DNA of 38,573 bases, taken from IMG/VR virus record IMGVR_UViG_2706794695_000013, one strand, 5' to 3'. Below, one piece after another: positions 1 to 12,200 of the stretch. The notes below the pieces were generated by a model. It was not told the origin of the DNA, ran no database searches, and was given only the letters and a program-made list of their open reading frames with translations. Position numbers and translations under genes: made by a program. Numbering within the stretch: the stretch's first letter is position 1; each line of letters begins with the position of its first letter. Source of the stretch: a virus. Its lineage: Duplodnaviria; Heunggongvirae; Uroviricota; Caudoviricetes.

Positions 1-2918
1 TTTAATGCCGTCCTGTTCCTGAGACAATACGGCCCGACCACTGGCAGGTTTGCCCTTAATCGTCCAGCCACGCATATCAGGGATCACACCTGACGGATAA
101 ACGGCTGCAAGTTTCGGGTAAGCAGATTTGTCAAAAGTCTGTCCCTGCATCAGGGCATAACCAGACGGAACGGTATCTGATGGCCACGGGATTGGTGCAC
201 CGACTGGGTAGCTTTCTGGTGGAAGATTTTTCGAGGTATAAACTTCTGCCCAGTCTTCCTCAAAACCATAACCGTCTCTTGAAGAACGGTAGAACAGACC
301 ACCATTTCTGTAATGCGCCTTCATCTGCAAGGTCCGGCAACTTCCGACTCCGGTATAGAAGTTAACCAGAATATAGCTGTTGCCAGAGCGGGTGACATTG
401 TAAGCGCCTGATTCGGCATTCCATGGAACGCCACCATCCGCATCGGCATATGTATCCGTTGCCCTTCTGGCAAAAGCAGCCACATGCGCGGCGGTTAAAG
501 TAATATCTTTGGAACCATCAAACTCAACACCAGAAACCAGTCTTGGCGTTTGCAGCTTTGTTGCTGTCAATGCGTTACCGTTCAGACTTGCAGACAGTTT
601 GGTTCCAATAACCAGTTCGCCGGTTGCGTTATCAATAACAAACGGTCTTAATGTATTCCAGCCACCATAAACATCACCTTGATTGGTAAGCAGCAGGTAA
701 GTTTTAGCGCCATCATTACGCCATAATGCACCATACTCCCCACCTATCATTCGAATCTGATTACCACCACGCGCTACAATTTCGTCTGTGGCAAAAAGTT
801 TTTTGCACGACAAGTTATCGTTAACGATTAACGAATGAGACTCATAAAAACCACGCCCACTCTTAAAATCAAGGATAACGTCCGCCGCGATACATTCAGT
901 CGCCGGATTTGTTGCCCCAAACTTATAGGTCGTATCATTAACAACGAGATCAGCACCAGGTGCGGATATTGACAGGCCATCTTCGAGAAACGCAAAAACA
1001 GGGAAAGCAGCGCCATCAACATAGAACACAGAGCGCAAATCATCGCCCTTATTACTCATCATTATTGAGTGGATGGCTCGTTCATTGTTTTGATATTGCC
1101 AGAACATTCCATAAGCATAACGCCCCCTGTCAGTCCAGCCACCAGGCATAACAAATCCGTTAAACTCGCAGTTATTCATCGGATCGCCTGCGATTCGCGT
1201 TGCCGTGGTGATAATGACCCTTGATGCCAGTTCGCTTACTGAGCCAGCAGAACGCATAACAACAACAGGGTAATATTTTCCAGATGTTGCACCTGCAGGA
1301 GCGTTAACCCGCACATAACGCATACCACGCTTATCAGCAAAGTCTGTTTTACTGACCGCGTTAATGTTGTTCAGGAAGCGTCCCTTATCGGGTATATCAG
1401 CGCCGTTCTGGTCTTTCTGCAGACGTTTCTCAGCATTGTCATTGNNNNNNNNNNNNNNNNNNNNNNNNNNNNNNNNNNNNNNNNNNNNNNNNNNNNNNNN
1501 NNNNNNNNNNNNNNNNNNNNNNNNNNNNNNNNNNNNNNNNNNNNNNNNNNNNNNNNNNNNNNNNNNNNNNNNNNNNNNNNNNNNNNNNNNNNNNNNNNNN
1601 NNNNNNNNNNNNNNNNNNNNNNNNNNNNNNNNNNNNNNNNNNNNNNNNNNNNNNNNNNNNNNNNNNNNNNNNNNNNNNNNNNNNNNNNNNNNNNCTTCGC
1701 TGCGGACGCTTGTCTGGTCGCCTCATCTTTTGAAGCAGACGCCGATGATGCCGATGACGCCGCCGAACTGGCGGACGATGCGGCAGCCGTTTTTGAGGAT
1801 TCTGCGCTGGTCTCCGACGCTTTCGCGTTCGTCTCCGATGTCTTCGCTGCGGAAGCAGACCTCGCTGCTGCACTGGCCTGTTCAGTGGCTTCGCCAGCCT
1901 TCGTTGTGGCTGTTGAAGCGGACGATGCGGCGCTTTCTGCCGATTTTCCGGCGGCGCTAGCACTGGCTGAGGCCTGCCCGGCACTTGTTGACGCTGCACT
2001 GGCAGACGACGCAGCCGCTGTTTTTGAGCCTGCTGCTGCGGAGGCACTCTGTGCTGCTGCCGTTTCAGAGGACTTAGCGTTTGTCTCAGACGTCTTTGCC
2101 GCCTTCGCGGAATTTCCTGCCGCCGTTGCCGAGGAAGCGGCATTACTGGCGCTCGAAGCTGCGCTCGTTTCTGATAATTTTGCCGCCTCTTTTGAAGCCG
2201 ACGCATCTCTGGCTGAGGTGGCTGCTTCTGACGCTTTCGTGGTCGCGGTGGATGCAGAAGTGGCAGCTGATTGTTGTGACGCTGCCGCATTCGTTTCTGA
2301 CGTTTTCGCCGCACCGGCACTGGTGGCCGCCGCGCTTTTTGAGGACTCTGCAGCGGCAGCACTTTTTGATGCTTCAGTGGCCTTTGCTGATGCCGTTCCT
2401 GCGCTGGAAGACGCAGACTGAGCCGACGAAGCGGCCTGTCCGGCTGACGTGCTGGCTGCTCGTGCTGAGCCTGCAGCATCAGTCGCACGGGTTGCCGCCT
2501 CACGGGCTGATGTGCTGGCATCGCTGGCTGATTTCTTCGCGGCTGCCGTGTTCTGTGCCACCGCGGACGCGTTACGCGCCACCTCTTCCACCATCAGTTC
2601 AAAGCGGCGCAGTGCCTCAGGACGGGCATCATCCTCCGTCATGGCACCGAGAAAATCATTCAGCGTACCGGGTCGGGAATCTTCATACACGGTGATGGTC
2701 CCGGCATGTGACGGCGGGAATCCTTCCACCAACAGAATAACGCTGTACTGACCGTACTCAACGTCCATGCTGTAACGCCCGGCTTCATCCGGATTTTCTG
2801 AGGCCAGCGTGTTCACCACCACCGTGGTGCTGTTACGTTTTGCTTTCAGCTGGATTGTGCAGTTCTGTACCGGTTTTCCTGTGCCGTCTTTCAGTACACC
2901 TGAAATCTTTACTGCCAT
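1..2918 (-). CDS. stf: Side tail fiber protein, lambda Stf-like; partial (C-terminus beyond window start), interrupted by N gap 1445-1694
   Basis: N-terminus [26 protein letters not shown] matches lambda Stf; ATG at 2918 (track ORF starts at GTG 2924); my manual translation of minus strand 1-1444 is open throughout and ends ...[44 protein letters not shown], a tail-fiber motif. Confidence 0.85.
1445..1694. other. Assembly gap (250 N) inside stf
   Basis: Run of N in the sequence; reading frame is not preserved across it. Confidence 0.95.
1695..2600 (-). repeat. Ala/Ser/Thr-rich low-complexity repeat region within stf
   Basis: Translation is dominated by reiterated short motifs ([18 protein letters not shown]); DNA is GC-rich and repetitive, which produces long spurious ORFs in other frames. 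Confidence 0.6.
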
Positions 2919-2929
2919 ATTCACCCCAC

Positions 2930-2955
2930 AAAAAAGCCCGCCTGAACCGGCGGGC
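2930..2955 (-). terminator. Rho-independent terminator between lom and stf
   Basis: Stem gcccgcc / ggcgggc with loop tgaacc, A-run on plus strand giving a T-run on the minus strand. Confidence 0.55.
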
Positions 2956-2982
2956 TGTCATAACACTGTGTTACCTGGCTAA

Positions 2983-3582
2983 TCAGAATTTATAACCGAC
3001 ACCCACGATGAAACCGTCAGTGCGCCAGTCGCCACTGCCGGAGCCTTCATAAGCAATATCAATGGCCACGGATTCGGTCGGGTTAAACTGCACGCCAGCT
3101 CCCCACGCCAGAGACGTGTTGCTGTGGCGACCGTCATCACTTCCGGTCAGCACATCGTGCGTTTTCCCCTTGTTGTCAGTTACGCGAAGATAATCCCCGG
3201 AGAAAGTCGACACACGGCTGTAAGCCACACCCGCCATCGCATACGCGCTGAACCATTCATTCACGCGCACAGACGGCCCCGCCATTACGCTGAACCAGCG
3301 GTTACGAACGGAATCTTCATGCCAGCGGGTATCGCTGTAACGGGTCAGCTGGCGATTCTTGTCTCCTGCATAGCTGAATGACGTCACCAGCCCCAGTGTG
3401 TCCGTAAACTCATAACGGTATTTCACGTTAATCCCGTTCAGATCATCACTGCCGGGGACGTTCGTCGAGGCATGAAGATACCCCGCGCTCAGCGTGGACT
3501 GATGTTCAGACGCCCATGCAGGCGCACCGGATACGGCCAGACAAATGGCTGCGGACAAAATTGCTGCACAAACTTTACGCAT
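2983..3582 (-). CDS. lom: Outer membrane protein Lom (Ail/Lom family), lysogenic-conversion gene
   Basis: 199 aa; MRKVCAAILSAAICLAVSGAPAWASEHQSTLSAGYLHA... closely matches lambda Lom, including the signal peptide. Confidence 0.9.
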   Translation of the reverse strand: MRKVCAAILSAAICLAVSGAPAWASEHQSTLSAGYLHASTNVPGSDDLNGINVKYRYEFTDTLGLVTSFSYAGDKNRQLTRYSDTRWHEDSVRNRWFSVMAGPSVRVNEWFSAYAMAGVAYSRVSTFSGDYLRVTDNKGKTHDVLTGSDDGRHSNTSLAWGAGVQFNPTESVAIDIAYEGSGSGDWRTDGFIVGVGYKF

Positions 3583-3603
3583 AATTACCTCTCGCTTTTC
3601 TGC

Positions 3604-3632
3604 AATAAAAAAGGCGTCATTCCTGACGCCCT
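3604..3632 (-). terminator. Rho-independent terminator between J and lom
   Basis: Stem ggcgtca / tgacgcc with loop ttcc, followed on the minus strand by TTTTTTATT. Confidence 0.5.
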
Positions 3633-3652
3633 TTATTGGGGTTATAAATATT

Positions 3653-6600
3653 TCAACGAATACTGATGCCGGAAGCGGCTTTTTTGGTCACAATCACCGT
3701 ACAGTCGGTGATATTGCCTGCCCCCTGATTGCCTTTCTGGAAAATCTTAAACTCCAGAGTGACGCTTCCCCTGCCACTCGGCATATCAATAACTGCACTG
3801 TAACTACCGGGAATGGCCCCTTTAGTTTCTCTGGATGCGATTAATACGCCGTTTTTGCGAACTTCAAAACCATAACCCGTGTATCGCGTGCCTCCTGGGT
3901 TATTTCCGCTCCCCGGATCGTCATACGCTATACCGTTAAAAATAATGGGCGGAATAATAATCTGGCGGTCAAAGTTATGATCATCGCTGATGGTGACTGT
4001 AACCGTACCGTTTGGTGTTTCCGTGTTACCCCACGTACCGACTTTTTTCGGGAAGGCTTTTGATACAGCTTTAACGAAATCCCCTCTGACCTGGGTCGCC
4101 TCCAGCATGCCCTTAATCGTACAGTTCTGGTTAATCGTGACATTGTTGAGCGTCCCTGAATTTGCATTCACATTACCGCTGATATCCGCATTTTTAGCGG
4201 TCAGCTTTCCGTCTGGTGTCAGGGAAAATGCCGGCGGATTTCCACCGCTGGTAATGGTGGGAGCCGTCAGGCGTTTCAGGAACACGTCATTCATGAATAT
4301 CTGGTTGCCCTGCGCCACAAACATCGGCGTTTCATTCCCGTTTGCCGGGTCAATAAACGCGATACGGTTAGCGGCAACCAGAAACTGGCTCAGTTTGCCT
4401 TCCTCCGTGTCCTCCATGCTGAGGCCAATACCCGCGACATAATGTTTGCCGTCTTTGGTCTGCTCAATTTTGACGCCCCACATGGCATTCCACTTATCGT
4501 TGGCGTCCTTCCACTCTTTCGAAAACTCCTCCAGTCTGCTGGCGTTATCCTCCGTCAGGTCGACTTTTTCCAGCAGCTCCTGGCCGAGATGGGATTCGGT
4601 TATCTGGCCTTTGAAAAAATCCAGGTAACCTTCCGCATCATCGCTCGCCCGACCGACAGCCTCCACGAATGCTGATTTGCCGACGGTGTTCACACTGCGG
4701 ATATAAAAGTAATAATCATGGCCCGGCTTAATATTGATACTGGCGGCTATCCAGTACAGCCCCGTGCCAAGGTAGCGGGCTGTGGTTTCAACCTGCCTGA
4801 TATCCGCAATCCGTTTTTCCGAGAACCAGAACTCAAACTGTACCGTCGGGTCATAAACCGCAAGATGCGGCGTGGCGGTTATCTGAAAATAGCCCGGCGT
4901 CAGCTCAATCCGCGACGGCGCTGCCGGTGCGGCAATCCGGAACGATACCGACGCCGGATCGCCCTGCTGCCCCCACGCATTTACTGCCCGGACTGTCAGC
5001 CTGTAGTTCCCCAGAGCCAGTTGTGTGAAGCGGTAAGTGGTTTCCGTCGTCCGGGCCGTGCTGACCAGCCGCTCACGGCCGTCATCCGCTGCCACGGTCA
5101 GGCGAAGCAGGAAGCTCACGCCCTTCACCACCTTCGGCGTGTCCCAGCGGGCCAGCACCTGGTATTCCCCGCTGTCTGCGGTGACTTCTGCGGTCAGGTG
5201 CTGCACCGCTGGCGGCGTGACACCATTTACCGTGCCGCTCTGGTCGCCGTCAAAGTGCGCCCCGTTATCCACGATGGCCTCTTTTTCCGGTACATGCTGC
5301 ACGGCAGTGATGGCATACGTGCCGTCGTCGTTCTCACGGATACTCACGCAGCGGAACAGGCGCTGGCGCAGCGTCGGCAGCTTCAGCCCCCATACGCTGT
5401 ATTCAGCAACGCCGTCAGGAACACGGCTCACTTTCACCTTCACGCCGTCGGTGACGGACTGAACCTCCACGCTGACCGGACTCCCCTGCCCGTCAACCAG
5501 GCTTATCAGCGTGGTGCCGGAAGATGGCAGCGTGATTTCACGGTCGAGCGTCAGCGTCCGGGTCTGGCTGTTTACCGCCAGCACGCGCCCGCCGGTGCGG
5601 ATACCGGCATAGTCATCATCGCAGATTTCAATGACATCGCCCGGTACATGGCGAAGCCCTTCGGCACCCACGCTGAAGTCCACGGTCTGCGTTTCCAGCA
5701 GTTCTGTTTTAATCAGCCACAGCCCGGCGCGGTGTGCCTGCCCCCGGCTGGTACAGCCAAAAGCATCCATCTTCGTGACGTTACGACCGTAACGGGCAAT
5801 GGCCTGCGTGTCCTCCACAAGCTCTGTCGCCGTCTCCCAGCCGTTATTCGGGTCAATCCAGTTCACCTCAACGGCATTATGGCGGTCTTTCAGGGCGCTG
5901 AAGCTGTAGCGGAACGGCGCACCATCATCCGGCATCACCACATTACTGCGGTTATAGGTCCACACCTTATCCGACGGTCGGTCCTGCACGAACGTCAGCG
6001 TCTGCCCGTTCCATACCGGCATACAGCGCATCGCCGAGCAGAAATCACTGAGCACATCCCACGCCTTGCGCTGTGTGGTCAGGTACGCATTACAGGTGAT
6101 GCGCGGCTCCGTGCCGCCAAAACCGTCCGGCACCGACTGATCGCAATGCTGGCCGATGACATACAGCGCCCATTTGTCCACATCCGCCGCACCAAGACGT
6201 TTCCCCATGCCGTAGCGCGGATGGGTCAGCATATCCCACAGACACCAGGCCATGTTGTTGCTGTATGCTGGCTTAAACGTTCCGTCCCAGATACCGCTGT
6301 ATTGCCGCGTCTGCGGGTTATAGCTCGACGGCACCTGCAGAATGCGCCCGCGCAGATGATAATTACGGCTCACCTGCTGGCTGCCGAACTGCTCCGAATC
6401 CACCTGCACGCCGACCAGTGCCGTGTTCGGGTAGCACTGTTTCACATCGATGATTTCGGTGTATGACGACCAGAGCGTTTTGTTCTGCAGCTGGTCTGTG
6501 GTGCTGTCCGGCGTCATCCTGCGCATCCGTATATTGAACGGGCGCGGCGGCAGGTTACCCACCACCACCGAGGCCAGATACTGCGAGGTGGTTTTGCCCT

Positions 6601-7066
6601 TAATGGTGATGTCTTTTTCCGTCACCCAGCCACCATTACGTTGTATCTGAACCAGCAGGCGGACTTCCGACGGATTCCTGTCCCCCTTTGAGGTGGTTTC
6701 CACCAGTGCCTGCACACCGAAGGTAAAGCGCAGACGGTCAATGTTTGCCGACGTGATGGTCCGGGTGATCGGCGTGTCGTATTTCACTTCCGTACCCAGT
6801 ACCGTCTCGGAACCTGATGATTCAAATCCCTCCGGCGGTGTCTGTTCCTGCTCACCTGCCCGGAACACCACCGTGACACCAGAGATGTTGGTATTCCCCT
6901 CACTGTCCAGCACCGGTGTACTGTTCAGCAGCACGCTTTTTAATCCATCCACCGGACCTTCAACCGGCCCTTCGCTGATGGTATCGATCACACTCAGCAA
7001 CTGCGTGGACTTCAGGTTGTCCTTTGCTTCGCGCGGGGTATGCCCCTTACTGCTGCCTTTACCCAT
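3653..7066 (-). CDS. J: Tail tip host-specificity protein J
   Basis: 1137 aa; N-terminus [28 protein letters not shown]... as in lambda J; lies between I and lom as in lambda. Confidence 0.95.
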   Translation of the reverse strand: MGKGSSKGHTPREAKDNLKSTQLLSVIDTISEGPVEGPVDGLKSVLLNSTPVLDSEGNTNISGVTVVFRAGEQEQTPPEGFESSGSETVLGTEVKYDTPITRTITSANIDRLRFTFGVQALVETTSKGDRNPSEVRLLVQIQRNGGWVTEKDITIKGKTTSQYLASVVVGNLPPRPFNIRMRRMTPDSTTDQLQNKTLWSSYTEIIDVKQCYPNTALVGVQVDSEQFGSQQVSRNYHLRGRILQVPSSYNPQTRQYSGIWDGTFKPAYSNNMAWCLWDMLTHPRYGMGKRLGAADVDKWALYVIGQHCDQSVPDGFGGTEPRITCNAYLTTQRKAWDVLSDFCSAMRCMPVWNGQTLTFVQDRPSDKVWTYNRSNVVMPDDGAPFRYSFSALKDRHNAVEVNWIDPNNGWETATELVEDTQAIARYGRNVTKMDAFGCTSRGQAHRAGLWLIKTELLETQTVDFSVGAEGLRHVPGDVIEICDDDYAGIRTGGRVLAVNSQTRTLTLDREITLPSSGTTLISLVDGQGSPVSVEVQSVTDGVKVKVSRVPDGVAEYSVWGLKLPTLRQRLFRCVSIRENDDGTYAITAVQHVPEKEAIVDNGAHFDGDQSGTVNGVTPPAVQHLTAEVTADSGEYQVLARWDTPKVVKGVSFLLRLTVAADDGRERLVSTARTTETTYRFTQLALGNYRLTVRAVNAWGQQGDPASVSFRIAAPAAPSRIELTPGYFQITATPHLAVYDPTVQFEFWFSEKRIADIRQVETTARYLGTGLYWIAASINIKPGHDYYFYIRSVNTVGKSAFVEAVGRASDDAEGYLDFFKGQITESHLGQELLEKVDLTEDNASRLEEFSKEWKDANDKWNAMWGVKIEQTKDGKHYVAGIGLSMEDTEEGKLSQFLVAANRIAFIDPANGNETPMFVAQGNQIFMNDVFLKRLTAPTITSGGNPPAFSLTPDGKLTAKNADISGNVNANSGTLNNVTINQNCTIKGMLEATQVRGDFVKAVSKAFPKKVGTWGNTETPNGTVTVTISDDHNFDRQIIIPPIIFNGIAYDDPGSGNNPGGTRYTGYGFEVRKNGVLIASRETKGAIPGSYSAVIDMPSGRGSVTLEFKIFQKGNQGAGNITDCTVIVTKKAASGISIR

Positions 7067-7126
7067 TCCTCACGCTCCATAAACGACAAAACCGCCCGGA
7101 GGCGGTTTCACATAAAACATTTTGCA

Positions 7127-7774
7127 TCAGCGACCAATCACCACAACCTGACCACCATCCCCTTCGTCTGCCGTGCTGATCTCCTGAGAAACCACACGTG
7201 ACCCCACGCGCATTTCACCGTACAGAACAGGCAGAACATTGCCCTGGGCAACCATGTTATCCAGTGAGGAGAAATAGGTGTTCTGTTTGCCGTTATCTGT
7301 ACTGGCTGCCGTGGGCGTCCTGGCTTTCGGTGCCAGCATCTGCGCCACTCCGCCCAGGATCATACTGGCCCCTGCCGCATACATGCCCGATACAGCCGCG
7401 GCCCCCAGCCAGCCCACAGGGTTCCACCATGCCACCGCAATCAGCGCCGCCCCAAGCACCACCTGAAACACACCGCCACTTTTAGCTCCCGCCAGACGCG
7501 GCACGATGTGGATCACGGCACCATTTGCCAGCGGCTCATTAAGACGGGCAGATAATTCATTTTCGCCTGCATCACGCCCGGCAATGCGCACCTGATACCA
7601 GCCCTCATTCAGTTTCTGACGAAACGCCGGGATCTGCATGGCCAGCGCCCGGATGGCTTCGGACCCCGTTTTCACTCGAAGGTCGATGCGGCGGCCAAAT
7701 CGTTGTAAATCCCCGTAAAGGCAGATGCGTGCCATGCCCGGTGACGCCAGAGGGAGTGTGTGCGTCGCTGCCAT
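7127..7774 (-). CDS. I: Tail tip assembly protein I
   Basis: 215 aa; MAATHTLPLASPGMARICLYGDLQRFGRRIDLRVKTG... matches lambda I. Confidence 0.9.
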   Translation of the reverse strand: MAATHTLPLASPGMARICLYGDLQRFGRRIDLRVKTGSEAIRALAMQIPAFRQKLNEGWYQVRIAGRDAGENELSARLNEPLANGAVIHIVPRLAGAKSGGVFQVVLGAALIAVAWWNPVGWLGAAAVSGMYAAGASMILGGVAQMLAPKARTPTAASTDNGKQNTYFSSLDNMVAQGNVLPVLYGEMRVGSRVVSQEISTADEGDGGQVVVIGR

Positions 7775-8415
7775 TTGTCGGTATACCTCTCTCGTTTGCT
7801 CAGTTGTTCAGGAATATGGTGCAGCAGCTCGCCGTCACCACAGTAAATGGCGGCATGATTCGGCACCGATGAACCAAAACAGCACAGCAGCACATCGCCC
7901 GGCTGCGCCGCTGACAACGGCACCTGATACAGCCCTGTAGCCTCCAGATTATCCAGATAGAGATTCTGACCGTGACGCCACCAGTCATCCCCGCGATGAA
8001 AATCCGGCATCTCAATCCCCGCCAGATGGTAAGCATCCCGGAACAGCGTGTAACAGTCCGTCACCCCGTGCTCAAAGCGCCGCCCGGTAAGATGTGGCAC
8101 ACAGCGGAACTTGTGAATCGCCCCCCGGCAGACCAGCCACCACGGCAAATCACTCTGCACCTGCAGCCGCCGGTCGGCCTCACTCAGCCAGGGCAGACCA
8201 CCGGGGTGGCTGTGGACCAGCGCCACAATCTCACCCTGCATCTCTGCCCGCAGCCAGTCCTCCGGCGACATCCGGAAATACTCCTCCGGCTCACCGGAGA
8301 TATTCACGCAGGGAAAATATCTTTCCCCCTCCGGTGTTCTCACCACGAAGCCGCACGACTCCGCTGGCGCACATCGCCGGGCGTGCGCCAGAATCGCTGA
8401 TTCTGTCTCTGTCAT
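7672..8415 (-). CDS. K: Tail tip assembly protein K (MPN/JAMM plus NlpC/P60-like); alternative start near 8271
   Basis: MTETESAILAHARRCAPAESCGFVV... with HSHP motif; 3-prime end overlaps I by about 100 nt in another frame. Confidence 0.85.
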   Translation of the reverse strand: MTETESAILAHARRCAPAESCGFVVRTPEGERYFPCVNISGEPEEYFRMSPEDWLRAEMQGEIVALVHSHPGGLPWLSEADRRLQVQSDLPWWLVCRGAIHKFRCVPHLTGRRFEHGVTDCYTLFRDAYHLAGIEMPDFHRGDDWWRHGQNLYLDNLEATGLYQVPLSAAQPGDVLLCCFGSSVPNHAAIYCGDGELLHHIPEQLSKRERYTDKWQRRTHSLWRHRAWHASAFTGIYNDLAAASTFE

Positions 8416-8420
8416 GGGAT

Positions 8421-8910
8421 TTACTGCGAAAGTTTGTTAATGGAAAGGAAGCCGCCAAAGTTGCCGACGTTATTGCGAAACTTACAGCCGCTCAGGCATT
8501 TGCTGCATTTATCCTTCGTGATATCGGACGTCGGCTGATCATATTCATCCGCGACCGCCGGACCGTGATAACCGCACTCATCGCCGCGATAGGTCCAGGT
8601 GCAGGTGTTGGCCAGCATGATACGTCCCGGAAAAACGGCACCGTCCGTTTCCGTCGGCGTGNNNNNNNNNNNNNNNNNNNNNNNNNNNNNNNNNNNNNNN
8701 NNNNNNNNNNNNNNNNNNNNNNCCCTGAATGGGATACGCCTGATACTGTCGCCCCTGCCAGGTGACCGGCTCACCTTTTTCGTTCTGCTCATTACAGAAA
8801 AAATAACGTTCTCCACCGACCTCTGTCAGATCGATTTCCCAGAGCACCACCTGGGCTGACTGAGTGAGGCGTGTCGTCTCATGATGTGTTTCCTGTGGAA
8901 TATCCTGCAT
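8421..8910 (-). CDS. L: Tail tip protein L, interrupted and shortened by N gap 8662-8722
   Basis: N-terminal piece MQDIPQETHHETTRLTQSAQVVLWEIDLTEVGGERYFFCNEQNEKGEPVTWQGRQYQ and C-terminal piece ...RIMLANTCTWTYRGDECGY...GGFLSINKLSQ both match lambda L; total span is shorter than a 232-aa L gene. Confidence 0.8.
8662..8722. other. Assembly gap (61 N) inside L
   Basis: Run of N; part of the L coding sequence is missing. Confidence 0.95.
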
Positions 8911-8919
8911 CAGAGACTC

Positions 8920-9249
8920 CTATGCCACGACCTGTTCAAAATCTGCCGTTATGGTTACCCACAACGCCCCCACGCTTGCCGACCATTTACGACAAACCAC
9001 CCTGATCGGCTTCCAGTCATAAGGTGGCGTCCACTGAAATGCGCGGACGCCACCGTGCCGTTCCAGAAAGGCTTTTAAAGATGGGTGTTCACATTTACGA
9101 ACACGTATCGTCACGCTGTAAGTCGACAACTGGTTATTCAGTCCCGCCGCACGACGCTGTTCATAACCATCGCCCAGCTTCACTGTCACCACTTTCGGCT
9201 CTGATACCACATTCATATCCGGGCGCACTTTCCAGTGAAACGTCTCCAT
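8920..9249 (-). CDS. M: Tail tip assembly protein M
   Basis: 109 aa; METFHWKVRPDMNVVSEPKVVTVKLGDGYEQRRAAGLN... matches lambda M. Confidence 0.9.
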   Translation of the reverse strand: METFHWKVRPDMNVVSEPKVVTVKLGDGYEQRRAAGLNNQLSTYSVTIRVRKCEHPSLKAFLERHGGVRAFQWTPPYDWKPIRVVCRKWSASVGALWVTITADFEQVVA

Positions 9250-12200
9250 TACCGATATGCTCCACTTAACCGACCACCATCACGGGCCTGCTGTTGCATA
9301 AAGTCCGCTGCCGCTTTTTTCCCAAGGTCATAAACCACCTTCAGGGCAGCCGGACCTATCTGCCCGTTCGTGCCATCGTTATTGATCTCGATGTTGTACT
9401 GCGGGGCAAACATCGCCATACCTGAACCACCAATATCCGCCACAACCCCCAGCTTACCGTCAGCACCACGACGCAGTGGCAGAATGGCTTCAGGTCCCGC
9501 TTCCCCCATCACACCCGCGCCTTTTGCAAAAGCAAAAAACGTCGGACGGTTAACCACCGTGCCACTGTAACGACTCAAATCAGCAGACTGATAAATCCCC
9601 CCATTGGCATTCAGGGAAAGGCTGCTGAGATCAAATCCCAGTACACTGCCAATCCCTTTTATCGATTTCATCATGGTTGCCTGCGCCAGGATTTTCGCCA
9701 TATCTGACAGCACAGAAGAGGTGAAGGATTTGAAATTGAGTTTGCCGGTAGTGACAAAAGTTGCCAGGCCATTTCCCATGTTGCTGAAGGCTGACGAGAA
9801 CACCTGTTCTGCTGTTCCTGCCGTATTATCTGCATCCACGGTAAAATCCTGAAATGCACGCAGGACTCCGTTTTTCCAGTTACCCTGCACAACTTCAAGC
9901 TGTTGCCAGTAACGGCGATTCTCATTCAGTTGTCGGTTCAGGCTCTCCGTCAGCGCCTGCTCGGCCTTTCTGTAGTCATCCGTGTTATATGTTCCTTTCT
10001 GCTCACTATCCCGCCTCAACTGCTCCAGCTGTTGCTGGTATTTCTGGCGAAGACTCAGTTGTACCTGATATCGCTGCCGCTGCTGATCACCCATACCCAC
10101 CGTGGCGATATCCAGGTCATGTTGCTGACGCTGAGCGCGCTCTTCTTCAGCCAGTTGACTGGTCAGCTGAATTGTTTTTTTCTTCAGCTCGTTGAGTGCC
10201 GTCTGTTTCTGAAGCTCCTGCTGTTTTACATCCAGCAGCGTCAGTGCCTGAATCAGTTCATCTTTACGGGCCAGCACACTCTTTTCATCTGCCGTCAGTT
10301 TTTTCCCGTCCAGGTCGCTGATGCGCTGCTGCAGAGCCAGAAGCTGTTTATGCGCTTCTGTCATCCTTTCCGTGGCAATGCCTGCTGACTGTCTGGCAGC
10401 AGCAATCTGTCCTTCCACCTGTGCCTGTTGCTGACTGTACTGCAGCAATAACCGGGTGGCCTCATCATTACGGGGTTCGCGTGTTTTTTTCTTACCGGAT
10501 GCCAGGGCTTTCTCGTAACGTTCATTTTCACGTTGTATCGCCGCATCCCTGACAGCCTGATCGGCGTACTGCATGGAATTAATACGCGCAATTTCACGCT
10601 GATGTCGTGCTGCTTCCGTTTCATTCATCCGGTTCAGTGCAGCATTTTCAGCATTACGGCGTTTCTGTTGCTCCTGATAATTCCGCTCTGCCTGCTCTTT
10701 TGCATCCTGCAAATCCTTCTGGCGTTTTTTCTCCTGAAGCTCGTTAAGACGCTGCTGATCGTACTCAACCTGAGAAGATGATGCCGTCCAGGGGAGTCTT
10801 TTCGCCCGCGACACTTTCTCCTGTAAAGCGGAAATCTGTTCATCCAGCGAGTCTTCACGACCAATATTCATGGCCGCATCCCAGAAACGACTCCATAAAT
10901 CAGACAGATACTTCAGCGTACTGCCCAGCGCATTGAGGTTATTATCAATATCCGCAGTACGCCGACCGGTTTCCTCTGCCAGTGCAGACATGGCTATCCG
11001 TGCCGCATCACTGGACCGCCCCTGTTCCCCAAGGACGCGTATCTGCTCAAGCTGAGTGGCAGTAAGAAAATGCAGCTCATTGTCCAGAGCCTTCGCGGCA
11101 TTTACAGGATCATCCTTCAGCCGCTTAAACTGATTTATGGTATCGCTGACCGACTGGCCAACCGATCGCTCCATCTGTGCGGCAGCTCTCGCCACCATAC
11201 CGATATCGTTTCCACGAAATGCACCACTCCCCACCACCTGAGCCAGCGCACCGGCTGCAGCATGTTGCGTAATACCATTCCCGGAAATAGCACGACTGAG
11301 CGTCCACAGCTGCCCGGCAGTGACTCCGGCATAATGCCCCGTCAGCGACAACTGGCGGTTAAATTCTTCCCCCTCCTTCTGACCGTCATACCAGGCTTTA
11401 CCCAGACCATAGACAGCCGCGGCAATACCGCCAATAACCCCGCCCAGCATCATGCCTTTCGGTGACATCAGTGTGTCTATCCATCCGGCACGGTTAGCCA
11501 GCGTTATTCCGGACCCCCTCAGCGCCCCTAAATTGCCGCGGGCCAGTTCACCTATCAGAACGCCTATCTCCTGGCGGGCTGCTGCACTTTTCAGACCCAG
11601 CGAATGCGTGGCTTTTCCTGCCTGCTCCATTTTGCGGATATACACTTCTGCAGCACTGCTTACCCCCAGCTGGGCAGCCTTAGCACGAAGCAACTCAGAA
11701 GATGAAAGATTCTGGCGGGTTGCCTGCTCTTTAAGCTGACGGATAAACGCCACTTTCTGTCGGGTAGCCTCTTCCTCAGCCTGTGTAAGAACACGGGTTT
11801 TCGCCGTAACCTCAGAAATCAGCGCCAGATAATCCTGCTGACCAATCCCGCCACTGTTTCTGGCCTGTCGGATCTGCTGCTGAATACGCTGTAATTCCTG
11901 CAGCCCCGCACTGGCCTGTTTCACACTGTCAATCTGACGATAAAACGCAGCAGCCGCTTTATCCTGAGCCTCCGCCAGAGCCATGGCCTGCGCCTGTTCC
12001 TCGCGCATTTTCTGGCTCAGTGCCTCCATGCGCTGGCGGGTTTTCTCCACCTCGCGGGACATGCGTTCATGAGCCTGTGCGTTCTTCTCCACCGTCTGCG
12101 CATGGACGGATGCGGCTGTTGCAGCCGAAGAAGCCGCCTGCGTTGTCTGCCGGGCGGCCTGAGTCTGACGCTCCATAAAACGCTGCATACGGGCAGAAGA

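Noticed and set aside
1439-2695. Long ORFs in alternative frames and on the plus strand across the stf repeat region (360-aa Arg/Pro-rich, 178-aa Ala-rich, 204-aa)
   Set aside because: They overlap the well-supported stf frame and arise from the GC-rich repetitive sequence; their composition is that of out-of-frame reading of Ala/Ser codons.
4718-6466. 582-aa plus-strand ORF antisense to J
   Set aside because: It lies entirely inside the strongly supported J gene on the opposite strand, is Arg-rich as expected for antisense GC-rich sequence, and has no start context.
7198-8765. Several plus-strand ORFs antisense to I, K and L
   Set aside because: Antisense to well-supported tail genes; Pro/Arg-rich artefact composition.
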